Notes under the pieces: generated by a model
What the model was told of the DNA's origin: nothing
The model's input: only the letters and a program-made list of their open reading frames with translations
Database searches by the model: none
Shown here: piece after piece, positions 14,526 through 36,391 of the stretch
Numbering within the stretch: the first letter of the stretch is position 1
How the letters are laid out: each line of letters opens with the position of its first letter
Assembly: GCA_964035545.1 (NCBI GenBank)
Contig: OZ037767.1
Coordinates: 12,757,801 to 12,821,800, forward strand
Source: Bugula neritina
Taxonomy: Eukaryota; Animalia; Bryozoa
DNA length: 64,000 nucleotides
Direction of reading: 5' to 3'
Position numbers and translations under genes: made by a program

Positions 14526-14815
14526 CTAGACATATTTTGCCACACCGTAGGCCGTAACATAAAATAGTAGCCACTTTTACAAATGTCAGAGCTCCCTGTA
14601 TTCATGGTACGTTGGATCAAGCACTGCCTAATTAAAAAAAGTTACGGCGGGCTCCTATTGGACAAGAAGATGTTTGCGTCAATTAATTAGATATAAATGT
14701 CCAATGAAGTGTCATAGATCGTACCCAATGGCGCACTTAGAGAACTTCAGCCCAGACACATTAAAAATGGCTGATATTTTACATTACGGCCTATGGTGCA
14801 GCAAAGTGTGTCTAG
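14526..14815. mobile_element. MITE-like element with ~53-bp imperfect terminal inverted repeats
   Basis: ctagacatattttgccacaccgtaggccgtaacataaaat... is the imperfect reverse complement of ...attttacattacggcctatggtgcagcaaagtgtgtctag; no clear TSD. Confidence 0.65.
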
Positions 14816-17214
14816 GGGGGGTAGGACTTTGGGTTAGGGTGTTCGTGTGGTGGTGCTCAGCAGTCTAGGATTCTGGGCTGGCACTCACTAACACAAATTT
14901 TATTGTATTCAAAGGCATCTATTCTTCTCAGTCCACAATCTTCAATCACTCCTCAATCTTCTAGATTCCTCCTTGTACACACCCTGTTTTATATCTGCCA
15001 TACTCACACAAGCCACACCTACACCATATTTATATTGATGCAAATGTCATACCTGAACAGAGTTGTGCTCCCCACACACAGTAAAAGGAGACAACTACAG
15101 CTAACTTAAATCCTGATACAACAGCTGCTCTATAATTTTGTAATTTTGTGCAATGAATAAATTACAGAGGATGGGCTTTTGTGGAACCAATGCTAGAACT
15201 AAACGATTTCTGTCTTCAATTATTGAAACTTCATTATTTTGTGTTTATAAAACTAACCACTTTTGCTTTTTGAAAGCTTAATCATATACACAGCTGAAAA
15301 ACCAGGAAGATTGAGAAAATTCATAGCAATTATGAGTAAGTAAAGATGTTGAAAACAGAAAAATTTTATCTTGGTTAAACATTTTTGACGTCTTCCTTAT
15401 TATAAAGAAAAAGGTGAAAACAGCTGAGAAGTTTTATTCTAATACTTCTTATAGTAAATTAATATAGTCATATATATGTATTAGCTAAAAATGTTGACAA
15501 ACATAGGAAATAGCAAAAATAGTTAATAGAAAGCTCTTCTTAACCAATTTATATACCGGAATATTACATAACTAAAACACTCTTATCAACTTTCACTTAT
15601 AACCAACGAATTTAGGTAAAAGTGGCATAGACAGACAATAATGGCACAAATGGAAAATTAAGCCCTTAAAAATGGCATAACTGCTGTTAGATTTTCCAAA
15701 CTCTAAACTCCAATATTGAAAATGTGCCACTAATTTAACAGACATCCTCAACCTACACATAGAAAAAATATTTTTCTATAATTGCAATATTGGAATAACA
15801 CACATTTTTATGTTTAGCTACATGTTTAAAGCTCACAAATACACATTGAATAATACGCTGTTATAATTTTTACATTTTGTATAGCATGATGCTCACCCAA
15901 AAGTCTGTTCAAGTTAAACACATTTATTTTGTTTATATACACTGATTCTGCTATTACCGGAACAACTCCAGTGAAAGTACATTAAATCTCACAAAACTTC
16001 GGGCTATAAACTTATTCATAACATAAAATAAAACCCTTTTTTCAATGTTGTGTGATGTCAGCCTTCTTGGTTATTAAAGTACACAATTCTTACAAAACTT
16101 GTTTAGTAACCTATTTGTGAGTAGGTTCTATGTTTTACAACACTTCCTACACCTTCATGCATCGCTAATTTGTAAGTCGTGTTCTCTTCTAGGGTAGCAG
16201 AATTTTACTTCTTATCAGTGAGATAACAACTCCTATTCCCAACATAAACTTCACATCTACAACTACAAAGAAATATTTCAGAGTATACAGCAGAATCAAA
16301 ATAATAATATAAACTTTTGGGCATCAAAACAGCTGAATGTGCGTGTGATAATCATTACGTATTGAAACTTTGAAAAGTTAATAATACATAAACATTGACC
16401 GCTAATAAAAACAGTCAATTTGTATAAAAACGCATGACTATGTTTTTATGTTGAGAATGCTTTAGTGAGTTTCCATTAAAAACTAGATAGTTTAGAGCCT
16501 AAACTTTGAACTCTATCGTAGTTGTAAATTATTCAGATAGACAAGTCTAAGCTATAGTGTTGGCATAAAGTATGGTAATTTAGCTTTCATAATTAATTTA
16601 CAATAATTTATTATTACAAAATAAATCTATTGATCAAATAGTCAAACAAGGTGCAATATTATCTGAAATGCAGACAAATTACTTGAATCATTGAATAACT
16701 GGCACTTCTCGTATTATCAAAATACTTTTTTCTTTATTTTAGTGATTTAAAAAGATCATTCGTGAAATGTGTATCTTTAATTGGCAAACACGAATAGCTT
16801 AATCGCTTTTTGCACAAATTTGAAAAAAAATTAATCAATCAGATGACTAAGAGTCTAGCTAATCGCATTAGCTAAAGCATACTTGCTGAAGACATGCACG
16901 TATAGCTATATTTCCTAAGTTAACACATGCACCTCCTGCGTTGCAGTTCTTTTTTTGTTGTGCAACCATCAACGTCTGTAAAATATGTACATATATTAAG
17001 TTTAGAAATAGTCTCTATTGTTATTTTTCAAACAATTGGCTTGCTGTGCTTTAAAAAACTTTATTTCTCCCTAGTGGTGAGAATTGATTAGTTCTATGTA
17101 AAAAAGCTATATAGGAGAAGGTGGGGCTAGTCGAAACTAATGTAGCGCTTTTGAGCATAAGTTTTAAAAGACGCCGGTCCCTGGCCACCTGACCTATTAT
17201 ATTTAAGCCCCACA

Positions 17215-17935
17215 AAGCTCAGTTGGCGAGTATGTGGGGGAGCTGGTCGAACACATGAGAGCTATTCATAAGGTGCCACATAAAAAGAAGTGGCAGGTGC
17301 GTAATGAGGACTCCGAGGAACCCCACTCTAACAGGTCGGGAAATGAATCTGGATGACCAGCCACCAGTAGACAATCAGCTAAGTTAAAGCTCAAAGTTGT
17401 GAAGCCTTCTTGCTTGGTGGACATACTGCCAATTACACATATAAAGTGAAATAATTTGAGTAGGTTTCAACCAGAAAACTAGATTTGCTTAAAATTGTAT
17501 TGGGCTAGCATAAATGCAGTGGGGCACGCTCTCTTCCATACTAGAGCCCAGGAGGCAGTCAGTCATGATGGGGCGGGTGAGACTGAGCCCTGAGTATGAG
17601 ATAGCTATATGAAAGCCGAGAGAAAAGGCAATAACACATCGAAGCAGCCCTCAGCTAGGAGAAGTAGCCACAGCACTCAGAAACCCCCTCGGCTATAGGA
17701 CTCTCTAAACCGGGATGGGCCGACATTGTAGTAAATCCAAATATAGAAGAGGTTCCTGCCTCCAGGGCAGGGGAAGGGTTGCCGTGGACACACCTGGCAT
17801 GGTGGCACCACCCATTGTGCTAGATTCCCTAATTGTGGCTTCTTCAATGGCCTCAGAGCATTGCCAGCGTACCCGGAGACTTTCAAAGTACTTAGGAAAT
17901 TGCTGCTGTGGACGCCTAGATGAACTTTCTACTTA
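17215..17935 (+). mobile_element. Highly decayed Ty3/Gypsy integrase C-terminal relic (boundaries approximate)
   Basis: EYVGELVEHMRA.H and EEPPL..VG..IW..AKLK.K remnants parallel the integrase tail of the element at 50250-50830; shares atatagaagaggttcctgcctccagg with 60454-60480. Confidence 0.6.
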
Positions 17936-18909
17936 GTGATCTAGACTAGACAATAGTGTCGGAATTGTGACACTTTCAAGATGCAATGATTATTACACGC
18001 TCACTGTCAGCTGTTTTCATGCTTTAAAATTAATTTATTATATCATTCTGCTGCATACTTCACAAAATTTTTGTTCAAGTTTAGATTTGAATTTTATGTT
18101 GAGAATACAACAGTTGTCATTTCACTGTTGAAAAGTTCAAATATTCTGTTACTCTAGAAGAGAGCACAACTTACAAACTAACGATGAATTTGCAGGAGCA
18201 CACACAAATAGTTTGGTAAACAATAAGACTTTTTGAATGCTATGCAAGCAAAAACTATTGTATTATTTTAAGATATTATATAAAAGGAAACAATAAAGAT
18301 GATACTTATTTTTCTTTGAGTTTCATGATTGTAAGGAAACTTGTTAAGCTGCTTAAATTAAATTTTAACAAACAATTGTTTGTTAAAATAGCTACAAGAC
18401 TGAGTAATGTTGTGCTGAATTTATCAGTAACGCCTATAGTGGAGGAGCCCAAGGATTGAAGGAGTGGTAAAAGGGGAGAGAGGCAGTAGTGTTGTGGAGA
18501 ACTATGGGAAATTGATGTGTTGGGGTTTTTTATGCAGCAGCCCTATATAGTATATATAGTAGAATGAGTCGAATTCTATTTTAGAAATTGGAAGATTATA
18601 CGTTTTATTTTTATTCCCAGTCTTGCAAAAGTTATTACAATAGGAAGTTACAGCAACAAATTATAATTATTATTAATATTTATCGCAGTTGTCTATTATA
18701 GTTATTGCGTTATCATGTTACATAACAATTATTTTGCCAAGTCGAGGTGTTTATTGAATAAAAATATCTTATATATAGAATTGAAGAAGGACAGTGTCTG
18801 GGTTAAAAATTTTGATGGAGTGGCAAATTGTTACCATAATAATAAAACATAACTTTATTTGCTAAATTATACTATTACAAACACCACATAACTTTGGTTA
18901 TTAATGAAT

Positions 18910-27627
<8,718 letters not shown>

Positions 27628-28112
27628 CACTGTTCCACTTTCTTATTACAATAAAAGCTGGCAGCTATAATTTTTTTACTTTGACCAAATTTTAATATTG
27701 ATTGTTTAGCTAGAAAATTTTTATGCCTACATTGTAAGCGTAAGGTTGATGATTTTATTCAAGTATTTCAAGATGATAAGCTCATTATGTGTAAGCTTCA
27801 TTGCAAATATTCTTAAATTAAATATTATGCTTAAAAAAATTATAGTACCTGTCAGTTATATAAATTTCAAATGCTCAACCAACATAGATCAGTTATAATG
27901 AATAAAAACATGAAAGGTGGAGATTAAATAAAACTTTTCTATAGTAGGTTGTAATATGTATTATGCTGTATATTGCAATAAGTGCTATATAGGTTGCTAT
28001 GCTGTACTATAATCAAACTACTTTTACTTTATAGGCTACTAGATACTATGCACATTGTTTTGGTATTCTATTGCAAGATCCTACTCATTCTAGCCAATAA
28101 GAAAGCACCTAC

Positions 28113-28182
28113 CTGACCATTTGGCCTGAACATATCCAAAAGGTAAAGCCAACACCAGAAGATAAAATTTCAAAATAGCCAT
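28113..28182 (-). CDS. Duplicated alternative first (signal-peptide) exon of the M12B protease
   Basis: MAILKFYLLVLALPFGYVQAKWS+G|gtaggt; same 70-nt length and phase as exon 27558-27627 (MVIFKIYFLLLSLPFQYFQAKQS); part of a ~555-bp-period tandem duplication. Confidence 0.7.
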
Positions 28183-28635
28183 TATTTATCATTTTCTTCA
28201 TTATAATAAAAGCCGGCAGCCTTAAAATTTTTACTTTTATCAAATTTTACAACTGATTGTTTAAACAAAAATTTATTCATGCTCATATTGTAAACGTAAG
28301 GCTAATGACTTTTTTTTTATATATTTTGAGATAATGACCATATTTTTAAGCTTCATTGCAAATATTTTTTAAAATTAAATATTATGCAACAACATAAATT
28401 ATAGTACTTCTAATATATTAATTTTAAACGATTGAGCAAAATAAATCACTATCTTAGCTGAAAATTATTTTCAAAAAGTTATAATGAATATAACATGAAA
28501 GATGGAAATTTAATCAACATTTTTTAGTAAGCTGTACTATATGCTGTATTTTGCTGTGCTATATGCTGTGTTATATTGAAGCTGGATTTTACTGTATTGT
28601 AAAATGATGTTTCGCTATTTTTTATTGCAAAACAT

Positions 28636-29934
28636 AGAAAAGAGTGGGGCTAGTTGAACCACAGGCTTTAAGTTTTCTCCTTTAAATCCTTGGATGATTT
28701 TATCTCCTTTGTTTATTAGCGCTTCAGGTGAGCTACCATACACATAGAAATATAAAAAAATCAAAGCAGAAGTTTGCAAGTGAGTGAGTATTTGTCAAAT
28801 TTTTGCAAAAAAGTGAGGAGACTAGAAATTTATTTTGTCGTAAAAAGTTGCATCGCTTCTCAAATTTTATAAGGCGCTCACTCAAATAAATAAAAGCATG
28901 TATGTTAGCAATAACATGCTTTCAATAAGCCAGTGAGATCTCATTCACAGCAAATATTGAAAATAATTTGTAGCGTGACAATGTGGGGCTAGTTGAACCA
29001 CATAGGAAGCGGCTAGTTGAATTATAAGAGCAACTTGCCCCACCAATTATGTTCACCACGTTAATTATAATGCATGGGCAGACAAGTTTTTACAATTAGG
29101 TTTATATTTTTCTTAATTAAAATTTTTCTGCTATCGATATTTAATTCCAAACATAAAATGCAGGTAAACAGTGTAATTAAACTATTCTGCGAATATTTTC
29201 AGATTGGTGCAAAGTTTCATTATAAAAAAAAGCTGGGGAACAGATTAGGAACACCTAACTTCAGCAATGGATATGGTAAAGCAAAGCAGTGGCGCAAATC
29301 ACCCGTCATTAAGTTGAGAACCTTCAAACAGCCTTCTAAAAAAGTTGGTTATGCTCAACCAGATGAACCATGTATTATTTGATGTCATATGAGAGGACCC
29401 ACTTCATATATTATATAACTTTTTCAAAGATGAATTACAAGAAAACAACAATTAAAAGTTTTCTTACAATTTGCTATACTACTGCTTCAATCTTAAAGCA
29501 TTTTCTACATCACCTATCTTTGAGATGTTAAATAATTACAATGACAAATCACATCAAGTGTTTTTGTCATTGGTTACGTTAATTTCCTATGAATATTTTT
29601 TATGTTTTCTATTGTTGATCTTTAATAAACTGTTTTTTAGCTCACAAAATAGTTATAAAACAATTTATAATATAAAATAAACTGCGCTGGTCCAACCTTC
29701 ACACAGAGTGGTTCAACTTCTCTCTACTGGGTGTTTTGTGCCAAAAAAAAATTAACAGCCAAAAACTGGCTCTATTAATATGAGCAAGATGTTTATGAAT
29801 TTAGTTTGAATGGGCAAGGATATCGTTATATGACTGGCTTTGATGGTGCTAGTATTTAGAATATAACAAAATAGTTCTTCACAACAGATGCTCAAAAACG
29901 AAACTGTTAGTTCAACTATAGCTTTACCTTCCCT
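28636..29934. mobile_element. Decayed non-autonomous DNA transposon-like element
   Basis: Left end agaaaagagtggggctagttgaacc vs right end agttcaactatagctttaccttccct; internal ggctagttgaa repeats near 28986 and 29010; related end at ~17113. Confidence 0.45.
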
Positions 29935-30444
29935 TATATATCAAATGAAACCTTGTTGTCTTATTGTATAGAATGTGGACATTTGTGAGATAGACACTTT
30001 AAGAAAGTAATATTCTATTAATTAAATAAAAATAATTAGACTAAGGCTGCAGTGAACTGAAGAAACAGAAGTAGTTTAGATATGTATTTTGTGCATTTGT
30101 TGAAATATTACATGAATTATTAAATTGATTCTGTTATTATTGTTACTTTTCTATATAATACTTGCTATGCATATGTATTATTATTACCAAGAATCAGTAA
30201 ATTCAATCCTTAAAAACTTGCAATAATAAACTAGTAAATACACAGTCTTGCAAAATTTGCTTTTAGAGCTATGATAAAGTTTTGAGGTACATTATGCCAC
30301 CACTGCTTACTAAGGTTCTAATGAAATTGCATTTTAAGTTGTGTTATGGTTGGTTTTACAATTTTGAGTTATTGCAAAATTACCAAATAATATAATTTTT
30401 GTAGCTTTTGGGTTGGCTCGGGGTCAGTATACCAATAACAGTAG

Positions 30445-30569
<125 letters not shown>

Positions 30570-30734
30570 AGCAAACTGTGGGTTCTGAATGCAACTATAT
30601 ATATATATATATAATAATTGTATCGTGAGATTTTTAAAAAACAGCGATAAAAAAGTGCTCAAATTATTATGTGTATAATAATGAGCAATTATATTATTGA
30701 GGAAAAGAGCAATTTAATTATATAGATGTTGTTT

Positions 30735-30785
30735 TATTGTACTACTAATAGTTTCATGCCTCTTCGGCACTCCTCAGGCACAATA
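30735..30785 (-). ncRNA. Minimal type I hammerhead ribozyme (PLE-associated)
   Basis: Exact reverse complement of 36640-36690. Confidence 0.85.
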
Positions 30786-30878
30786 TTGACAAATTTAAAT
30801 TTTTACATTAAGAAAATCAAAATGCTAAACACAAGGTAAAACGTAACGAAAACATAGCAGTGGCTGTATTGTTATATA

Positions 30879-32650
30879 CAGTGATGTGAAAAAGTTTAAG
30901 GACGCTTGCAGAAATTTCTATGTATCTTGTTTAATAGGCATTTCTTGTAAGTTCTTAATATTTTCCTGCAAGTTCTATATATCAAAATGACCCTTAGAAT
31001 GTGCTCTACAATTTCCATCTTCTAAATTCTTGCTGTTGTGATGTTTTCTACCCATTTTTGGGCCAACTGCACAAGCAGCTAGGGAAGCGCAACTCCTGTA
31101 TTTTTATGTAACCAAAGTTTATCAACTTTTATAACCACAAAAGGCTAAATAGTGAAATTAGATGTTGTGCATGGCATCATGATATCATAAAGTATGACTT
31201 CCTTTTATAATTTGAAATATGTCATTTAGTTGTGAGCTTTTACACGGTGTCTACTTGGGCGCTGCGCATAGACTAAATGAGAGCTGTAAATCTTCCTTCA
31301 GAGGCAAAGCTTGTAATAATTTTCTTGCACAAAGAAGGTTATTCAATTAGGAAAGTATCTGAAAAGGTTGGCAAAGTAAAGACAACTGTACATCAAATTA
31401 TCAAGAAGCTTATGGACACTGGTAGTGTAGCAGATGGACCTGAAAATGGCCGACCAAAAATAAGCACACCTAGAGATGACAAGGTTCTCATTGGGATCAG
31501 CAGGAAAGATTGCCATAAAACAAGTCTTGAGTAGGCAAAGAATAGTCGGAATCAACAGGAACACCAGCTTCAACATCCCTGATAAGGCAAGATTGCTGAG
31601 CCATGGTTTACATGGCCGCAAAGCAAGAGGAAGCCTCAACCAACCGAGAAGCAGCAAAAAAGCCAGTTACGGTGGGCCAGGGAGCCTGGTAATTAGACAG
31701 TGAATGATTAGAAAAAAAGTAATTTTTTCAAATGAATCCATATTTAATGTGAACAATCATGCTGGAAACTGTTGTGTTAAAAGGTACCAGTATGAGAAAT
31801 ATAACCCCTAATGTATTCTTCGAACAATTAAGCACCCTATTGGTGTTATGTTCTGGATTTGTATAAGATCAAAAAGTGTAGCCCGACTCAGTAGTTGCTT
31901 TGGAATGATGTTAATGCTCAAAAATATATGGAGAATCTCAATGCTAAACATCTTCCAATCATAACAAACTTCTTTTTAAATGAAATTACCATATTTGAAG
32001 ATGACAATGCACCATGCCATTGGGCAAAAACAGTTAAAAAGTGGATGAAAAAGCAGAGGGTCTAAACGATTAACTGGCCAGCACAAAGCCGGGACTTGAA
32101 CCCAATAAAAAATTCATGGTCAAGAATGGCTAAAATAGTCTCTTCACAGAAGTCAACAACTAAGGTGACACTCATAGAGCCTGTAATTCATGCATGGCAT
32201 CATGTAGTGACTGAAAACGAGTTGGAGAAGCTATACAAGTCGATGCCTCGTCGCTGCCGACTTGTGATTGAGAATAAAGGCTGGCCAACAAAACATTGGT
32301 ACTAAAATTTAAAGCACTGTGTGTTGCAATGCTGCTATAATGTGTATAACAATTCACATATAATATTTTTCTATGTTTCAAGTAAAATATTCTGATGTCC
32401 TACAGTACACACAAATTGTGAGAACATTGAATAATTCCCATATATGCATAGTATCTCATTGTTTTACCCTAATTTTTGAAGGATGTACAAAGAGACACTT
32501 AGAATTTATATGAATGAGATAAGGAGATCTTAAGGATCATTTTGATAGGCACCATGCCTATGGAAATGCATTAGTTATGTCTTAAAATTAACTTGGAACA
32601 TTGCTATTATAGAAAACAGGGAGGCGTCCTTAAACTTTTTCACAGCACTG
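30879..32650 (+). mobile_element. Tc1/mariner DNA transposon, defective
   Basis: 27-bp TIRs CAGTG(A/C)TGTGAAAAAGTTTAAGGACGC with TA duplication; the empty site is preserved in the sister Penelope arm (cctacaaacctatataacaatac, ~36537-36559). Confidence 0.95.
31277..32305 (+). pseudogene. Tc1-family transposase pseudogene
   Basis: HTH region EGYSIRKVSEKVGK.KTTV, GRPK linker; catalytic motifs read VIFSNES, FEDDNAPCH and SRDLNPIKNSW (D->N and E->K); several stops and frameshifts. Confidence 0.9.
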
Positions 32651-32807
32651 TAGGTTTGTAGGTGTAAATTAATATATAAAAACCATAATGTAAAGTAAAA
32701 ACATAATTTATAGCAGATGCATGAAGTTTTTCTTGGGTGACTATTCTCTATGGGTATTTGTATATTATTTACTATAGTACTTAAAATATAAATAGGCTAC
32801 AGAGTTT

Positions 32808-34337
32808 CTAGGTTTTGTGATTGCACAGTAAGAATTTTTTTGAGTGTCGGCAGGTTGATAAGAGTTCGTTTCGCTTGTTTAAAGTACACATGTTAGGTTT
32901 GTATAAAATAAAGAAACATTCCCATAGGCATAAATTACACCTTTTGGTAGTTGTGTTGTATGGTTTCGCTTTTCTTAATATTTTCCAGCTTACGTTGTGC
33001 TTAATGTTTTTGTTAGTTAGTTGCCAAATGTGTTTGCTAAGTTCTGTTTGATTTGCTTTCTCCTTGTTTTTAAATGATGATCTGTGGTTTGCGTATCTTA
33101 GTTTGAACGGTCCTTCGCTTAGGCCAATGTATGTTGCAGGCTCGTTTTCGGTAGTTTCCACAGTTGCTTGGTATATAACTCTGCTCTCCTGGCAGCTTCC
33201 TTTCAGCGGACAACTTTCTTTTTCTCTACAGTTGCAGTTTTTTCTGGGGGTTTTGTTTTGTTGCTTCTGTTTCTCTAATAGTCTGTTATTGTGGGCATTT
33301 ATGGTCTGTTTTATGTTTGGCATGCAGCTGTAGCTAACCTTTATAGTGTTTTTGTTGATTATTTTATAGAGTGGGTGTTGTTTTGGAAATTCCTCATTCA
33401 TGATTTTAAAGAAGATTTTTGCAATTCTTGTGGTTACATGTTGGCTGTATGGTGGATTGTACCAAACAACTTTTCTTTTTCGGTTTCGAGATTTCTGTTG
33501 TGTGTTGTTTGTTTGGGTTCTTGGTAAGAATTGTAGTTGGTGTTTGTAGCCACTTTGGTTTAGGAGGTTTTGGTGGTTGTAGGTGGATTGTGTGAAAATT
33601 TTCTCGTTAGATGATATTGACGACAGTCGTTTATTAACGGACGAGGGTAGGTTGGAGATTATGCTTGCTGGGTGGTTGGATTTGTTATGAATATATTTAG
33701 TAGAACTGTTTGGCTTAGTGTATGGTGTGTAGGTTTTATTGTTTAGGTTGAGTGTGGTGTCTAAGAAGTTATTAATTTTTTTATTTGCTTCGATTGTTAT
33801 TTTTAATCCATTTTCAGAAAATATTTTGCAGATGTCCTTTTTTATGTTCTCTATTTCTCTGGGTGTTTTGTCAGAGACTCCCAAGCCGTCATCTCTGTAC
33901 AGGCCGAAGTTTTTGCCATGTTTTAGTGTTATTGAGTTTAAAATGTAAGCCCCAACTAATTCGCATGTTTCTGCGCCGTCGTATCCTCCCATTGTAACGT
34001 CGAAGAGGTTGTGGTTATGTTTTCCCCATGCCTTTCCAGAGTTGAAGAGTAGTGAATTTTTGGCATGTATAATTATTTCTCTTTCATCTTCGCTAATTGT
34101 ATCAAATTCCGATGCAAAACTTAAAGCGTTTTCAAGTAGGCTTTTTGAAATTGAAGGGTAAAAGTCTATGACGTCAAATGAAATAAATGTCTGTTGATGT
34201 TTGTTGTTAATTCCTTCAAACCATTTTATTACATCAGTGGTCTTTTTCCATTGGTTTAGGTGTGTGTTTGTGAGAATTTTGTTATTTATTCGGTCTAATA
34301 TTTTCTTACTAATCTTTCCTATCTCTGGTTTGCAGGG
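32808..34337 (-). pseudogene. 5'-truncated Penelope-like RT + GIY-YIG ORF
   Basis: PCKPEIGKISK...FDVIDFYPSI...YRDDGL...WYNPPYS...VIYQ..TYIG...; no native start (N-terminus lost at the inversion junction). Confidence 0.9.
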
Positions 34338-34552
34338 GTGCCGAAGAGGCATGAAACTATTAGTAGTACAATAAAACAACATCTATATAATTAAATTGCT
34401 CTTTTTCTCAATAATATAATTGCTCATTATTATACACATAATAATTTGAGCACTTTTTTATCGCTGTTTTTTAAAAATCTCACGATACAATTATTATAAA
34501 AGCTCCTTATATAAGAAAAATAAGTTGAGCACTCTCTCAAACAGCTGACAAA

Positions 34553-36391
34553 ATGGAAGCAATCAATTTTGAATACTCAACAAAGAACATCCCTACACCA
34601 TCAAACGAGGATTACATTAAGAAACTGATAGAAAAAACTCAACTCTTCTGCCGGCGATTAAGATGGAAAGTGTTTTTCTTCTTAAATCCACAGATAACTA
34701 GTGAACAGAAAGAAACATATGGATTTAACTCAACTAAACCAACACCTCAAATAAAAGAACTTGCTAATTTTGAGAAGAAATTAATCAACCTGATACGCAA
34801 TGTGAAATTCAAACAGGATACAACTACTTTCCAAAGAAAACTTCGACAAGACATCAGAAACAAAATTAAAAACTCAACTACTCTTTTAGTACCATCCGAT
34901 AAAACTAACAACTTCTACAAAATGGATACACACCTGTACAACAAAATGCTCCAAGACAGCATCACCAAGACATACAAGAAGGTAAGCAAACACACAATAG
35001 ACAAAATCAAAACTATTTCATTTGACGTCATAGACTTTTACCCTTCAATTTCAAAAATCCTACTTGAAAACGCTCTAAGTTTTGCATCGGAATTTGATAC
35101 AATTAGCGAAGATGAAAGAGAAATAATTATACATGCCAAAAATTCACTACTCTTCAACTCTGGAAAGGCATGGGGAAAACATAACCACAACCTCTTCGAC
35201 GTTACAATGGGAGGATACGACGGCGCAGAAACATGCGAATTAGTTGGGGCTTACATTTTAAACTCAATAACACTAAAACATGGCAAAAACTTCGGCCTGT
35301 ACAGAGATGACGGCTTGGGAGTCTCTGACAAAACACCCAGAGAAATAGAGAACATAAAAAAGGACATCTGCAAAATATTTTCTGAAAATGGATTAAAAAT
35401 AACAATCGAAGCAAATAAAAAAATTAATAACTTCTTAGACACCACACTCAACCTAAACAATAAAACCTACACACCATACACTAAGCCAAACAGTTCTACT
35501 AAATATATTCATAACAAATCCAACCACCCAGCAAGCATAATCTCCAACCTACCCTCGTCCGTTAATAAACGACTGTCGTCAATATCATCTAACGAGAAAA
35601 TTTTCACACAATCCACCTACAACCACCAAAACCTCCTAAACCAAAGTGGCTACAAACACCAACTACAATTCTTACCAAGAACCCAAACAAACAACACACA
35701 ACAGAAATCTCGAAACCGAAAAAGAAAAGTTGTTTGGTACAATCCACCATACAGCCAACATGTAACCACAAGAATTGCAAAAATCTTCTTTAAAATCATG
35801 AATGAGGAATTTCCAAAACAACACCCACTCTATAAAATAATCAACAAAAACACTATAAAGGTTAGCTACAGCTGCATGCCAAACATAAAACAGACCATAA
35901 ATGCCCACAATAACAGACTATTAGAGAAACAGAAGCAACAAAACAAAACCCCCAGAAAAAACTGCAACTGTAGAGAAAAAGAAAGTTGTCCGCTGAAAGG
36001 AAGCTGCCAGGAGAGCAGAGTTATATACCAAGCAACTGTGGAAACTACCGAAAACGAGCCTGCAACATACATTGGCCTAAGCGAAGGACCGTTCAAACTA
36101 AGATACGCAAACCACAGATCATCATTTAAAAACAAGGAGAAAGCAAATCAAACAGAACTTAGCAAACACATTTGGCAACTAACTAACAAAAACATTAAGC
36201 ACAACGTAAGCTGGAAAATATTAAGAAAAGCGAAACCATACAACACAACTACCAAAAGGTGTAATTTATGCCTATGGGAATGTTTCTTTATTTTATACAA
36301 ACCTAACATGTGTACTTTAAACAAGCGAAACGAACTCTTATCAACCTGCCGACACTCAAAAAAATTCTTACTGTGCAATCACAAAACCTAG
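34553..36391 (+). CDS. Penelope-like reverse transcriptase-GIY-YIG endonuclease (612 aa, in-frame internal deletion in the N-terminal RT region)
   Basis: YSTKNIPTP start, SFDVIDFYPS, GGYDGAE, YRDD, CNC..CPL..C, VIYQ...YIG, R..NH, CNLC...CRH. The segment PCKPEIGK...HQQTF seen in the left arm is missing after ...IDKIKT. Confidence 0.9.
   Translation: MEAINFEYSTKNIPTPSNEDYIKKLIEKTQLFCRRLRWKVFFFLNPQITSEQKETYGFNSTKPTPQIKELANFEKKLINLIRNVKFKQDTTTFQRKLRQDIRNKIKNSTTLLVPSDKTNNFYKMDTHLYNKMLQDSITKTYKKVSKHTIDKIKTISFDVIDFYPSISKILLENALSFASEFDTISEDEREIIIHAKNSLLFNSGKAWGKHNHNLFDVTMGGYDGAETCELVGAYILNSITLKHGKNFGLYRDDGLGVSDKTPREIENIKKDICKIFSENGLKITIEANKKINNFLDTTLNLNNKTYTPYTKPNSSTKYIHNKSNHPASIISNLPSSVNKRLSSISSNEKIFTQSTYNHQNLLNQSGYKHQLQFLPRTQTNNTQQKSRNRKRKVVWYNPPYSQHVTTRIAKIFFKIMNEEFPKQHPLYKIINKNTIKVSYSCMPNIKQTINAHNNRLLEKQKQQNKTPRKNCNCREKESCPLKGSCQESRVIYQATVETTENEPATYIGLSEGPFKLRYANHRSSFKNKEKANQTELSKHIWQLTNKNIKHNVSWKILRKAKPYNTTTKRCNLCLWECFFILYKPNMCTLNKRNELLSTCRHSKKFLLCNHKT

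Larger units (their letters stand above)
30611..34337 (-). mobile_element. Penelope-like retroelement, left arm (5'-truncated), interrupted by Tc1
   Basis: Reverse complement of the right arm; includes 3' UTR, hammerhead and read-through into the 5'-leader sequence (30611-30720 = reverse complement of ~34380-34498). Confidence 0.93.

Noticed and set aside
14400-15120. Possible minus-strand LTR relic around the 14526-14815 MITE (short motif shared with ~30398-30440)
   Set aside because: No definable termini, partner LTR or TSD
32821-33997. Duplicated short antisense ORFs within both Penelope arms, and antisense ORFs over Gypsy pol
   Set aside because: Shadow frames of the real coding strand; duplicated only because the arms are identical
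34338-34382. N-terminus MLFYCTTNSFMPLRH of ORF 32808-34382
   Set aside because: It is the antisense reading of the right arm's hammerhead repeat across the inversion junction, not a real start
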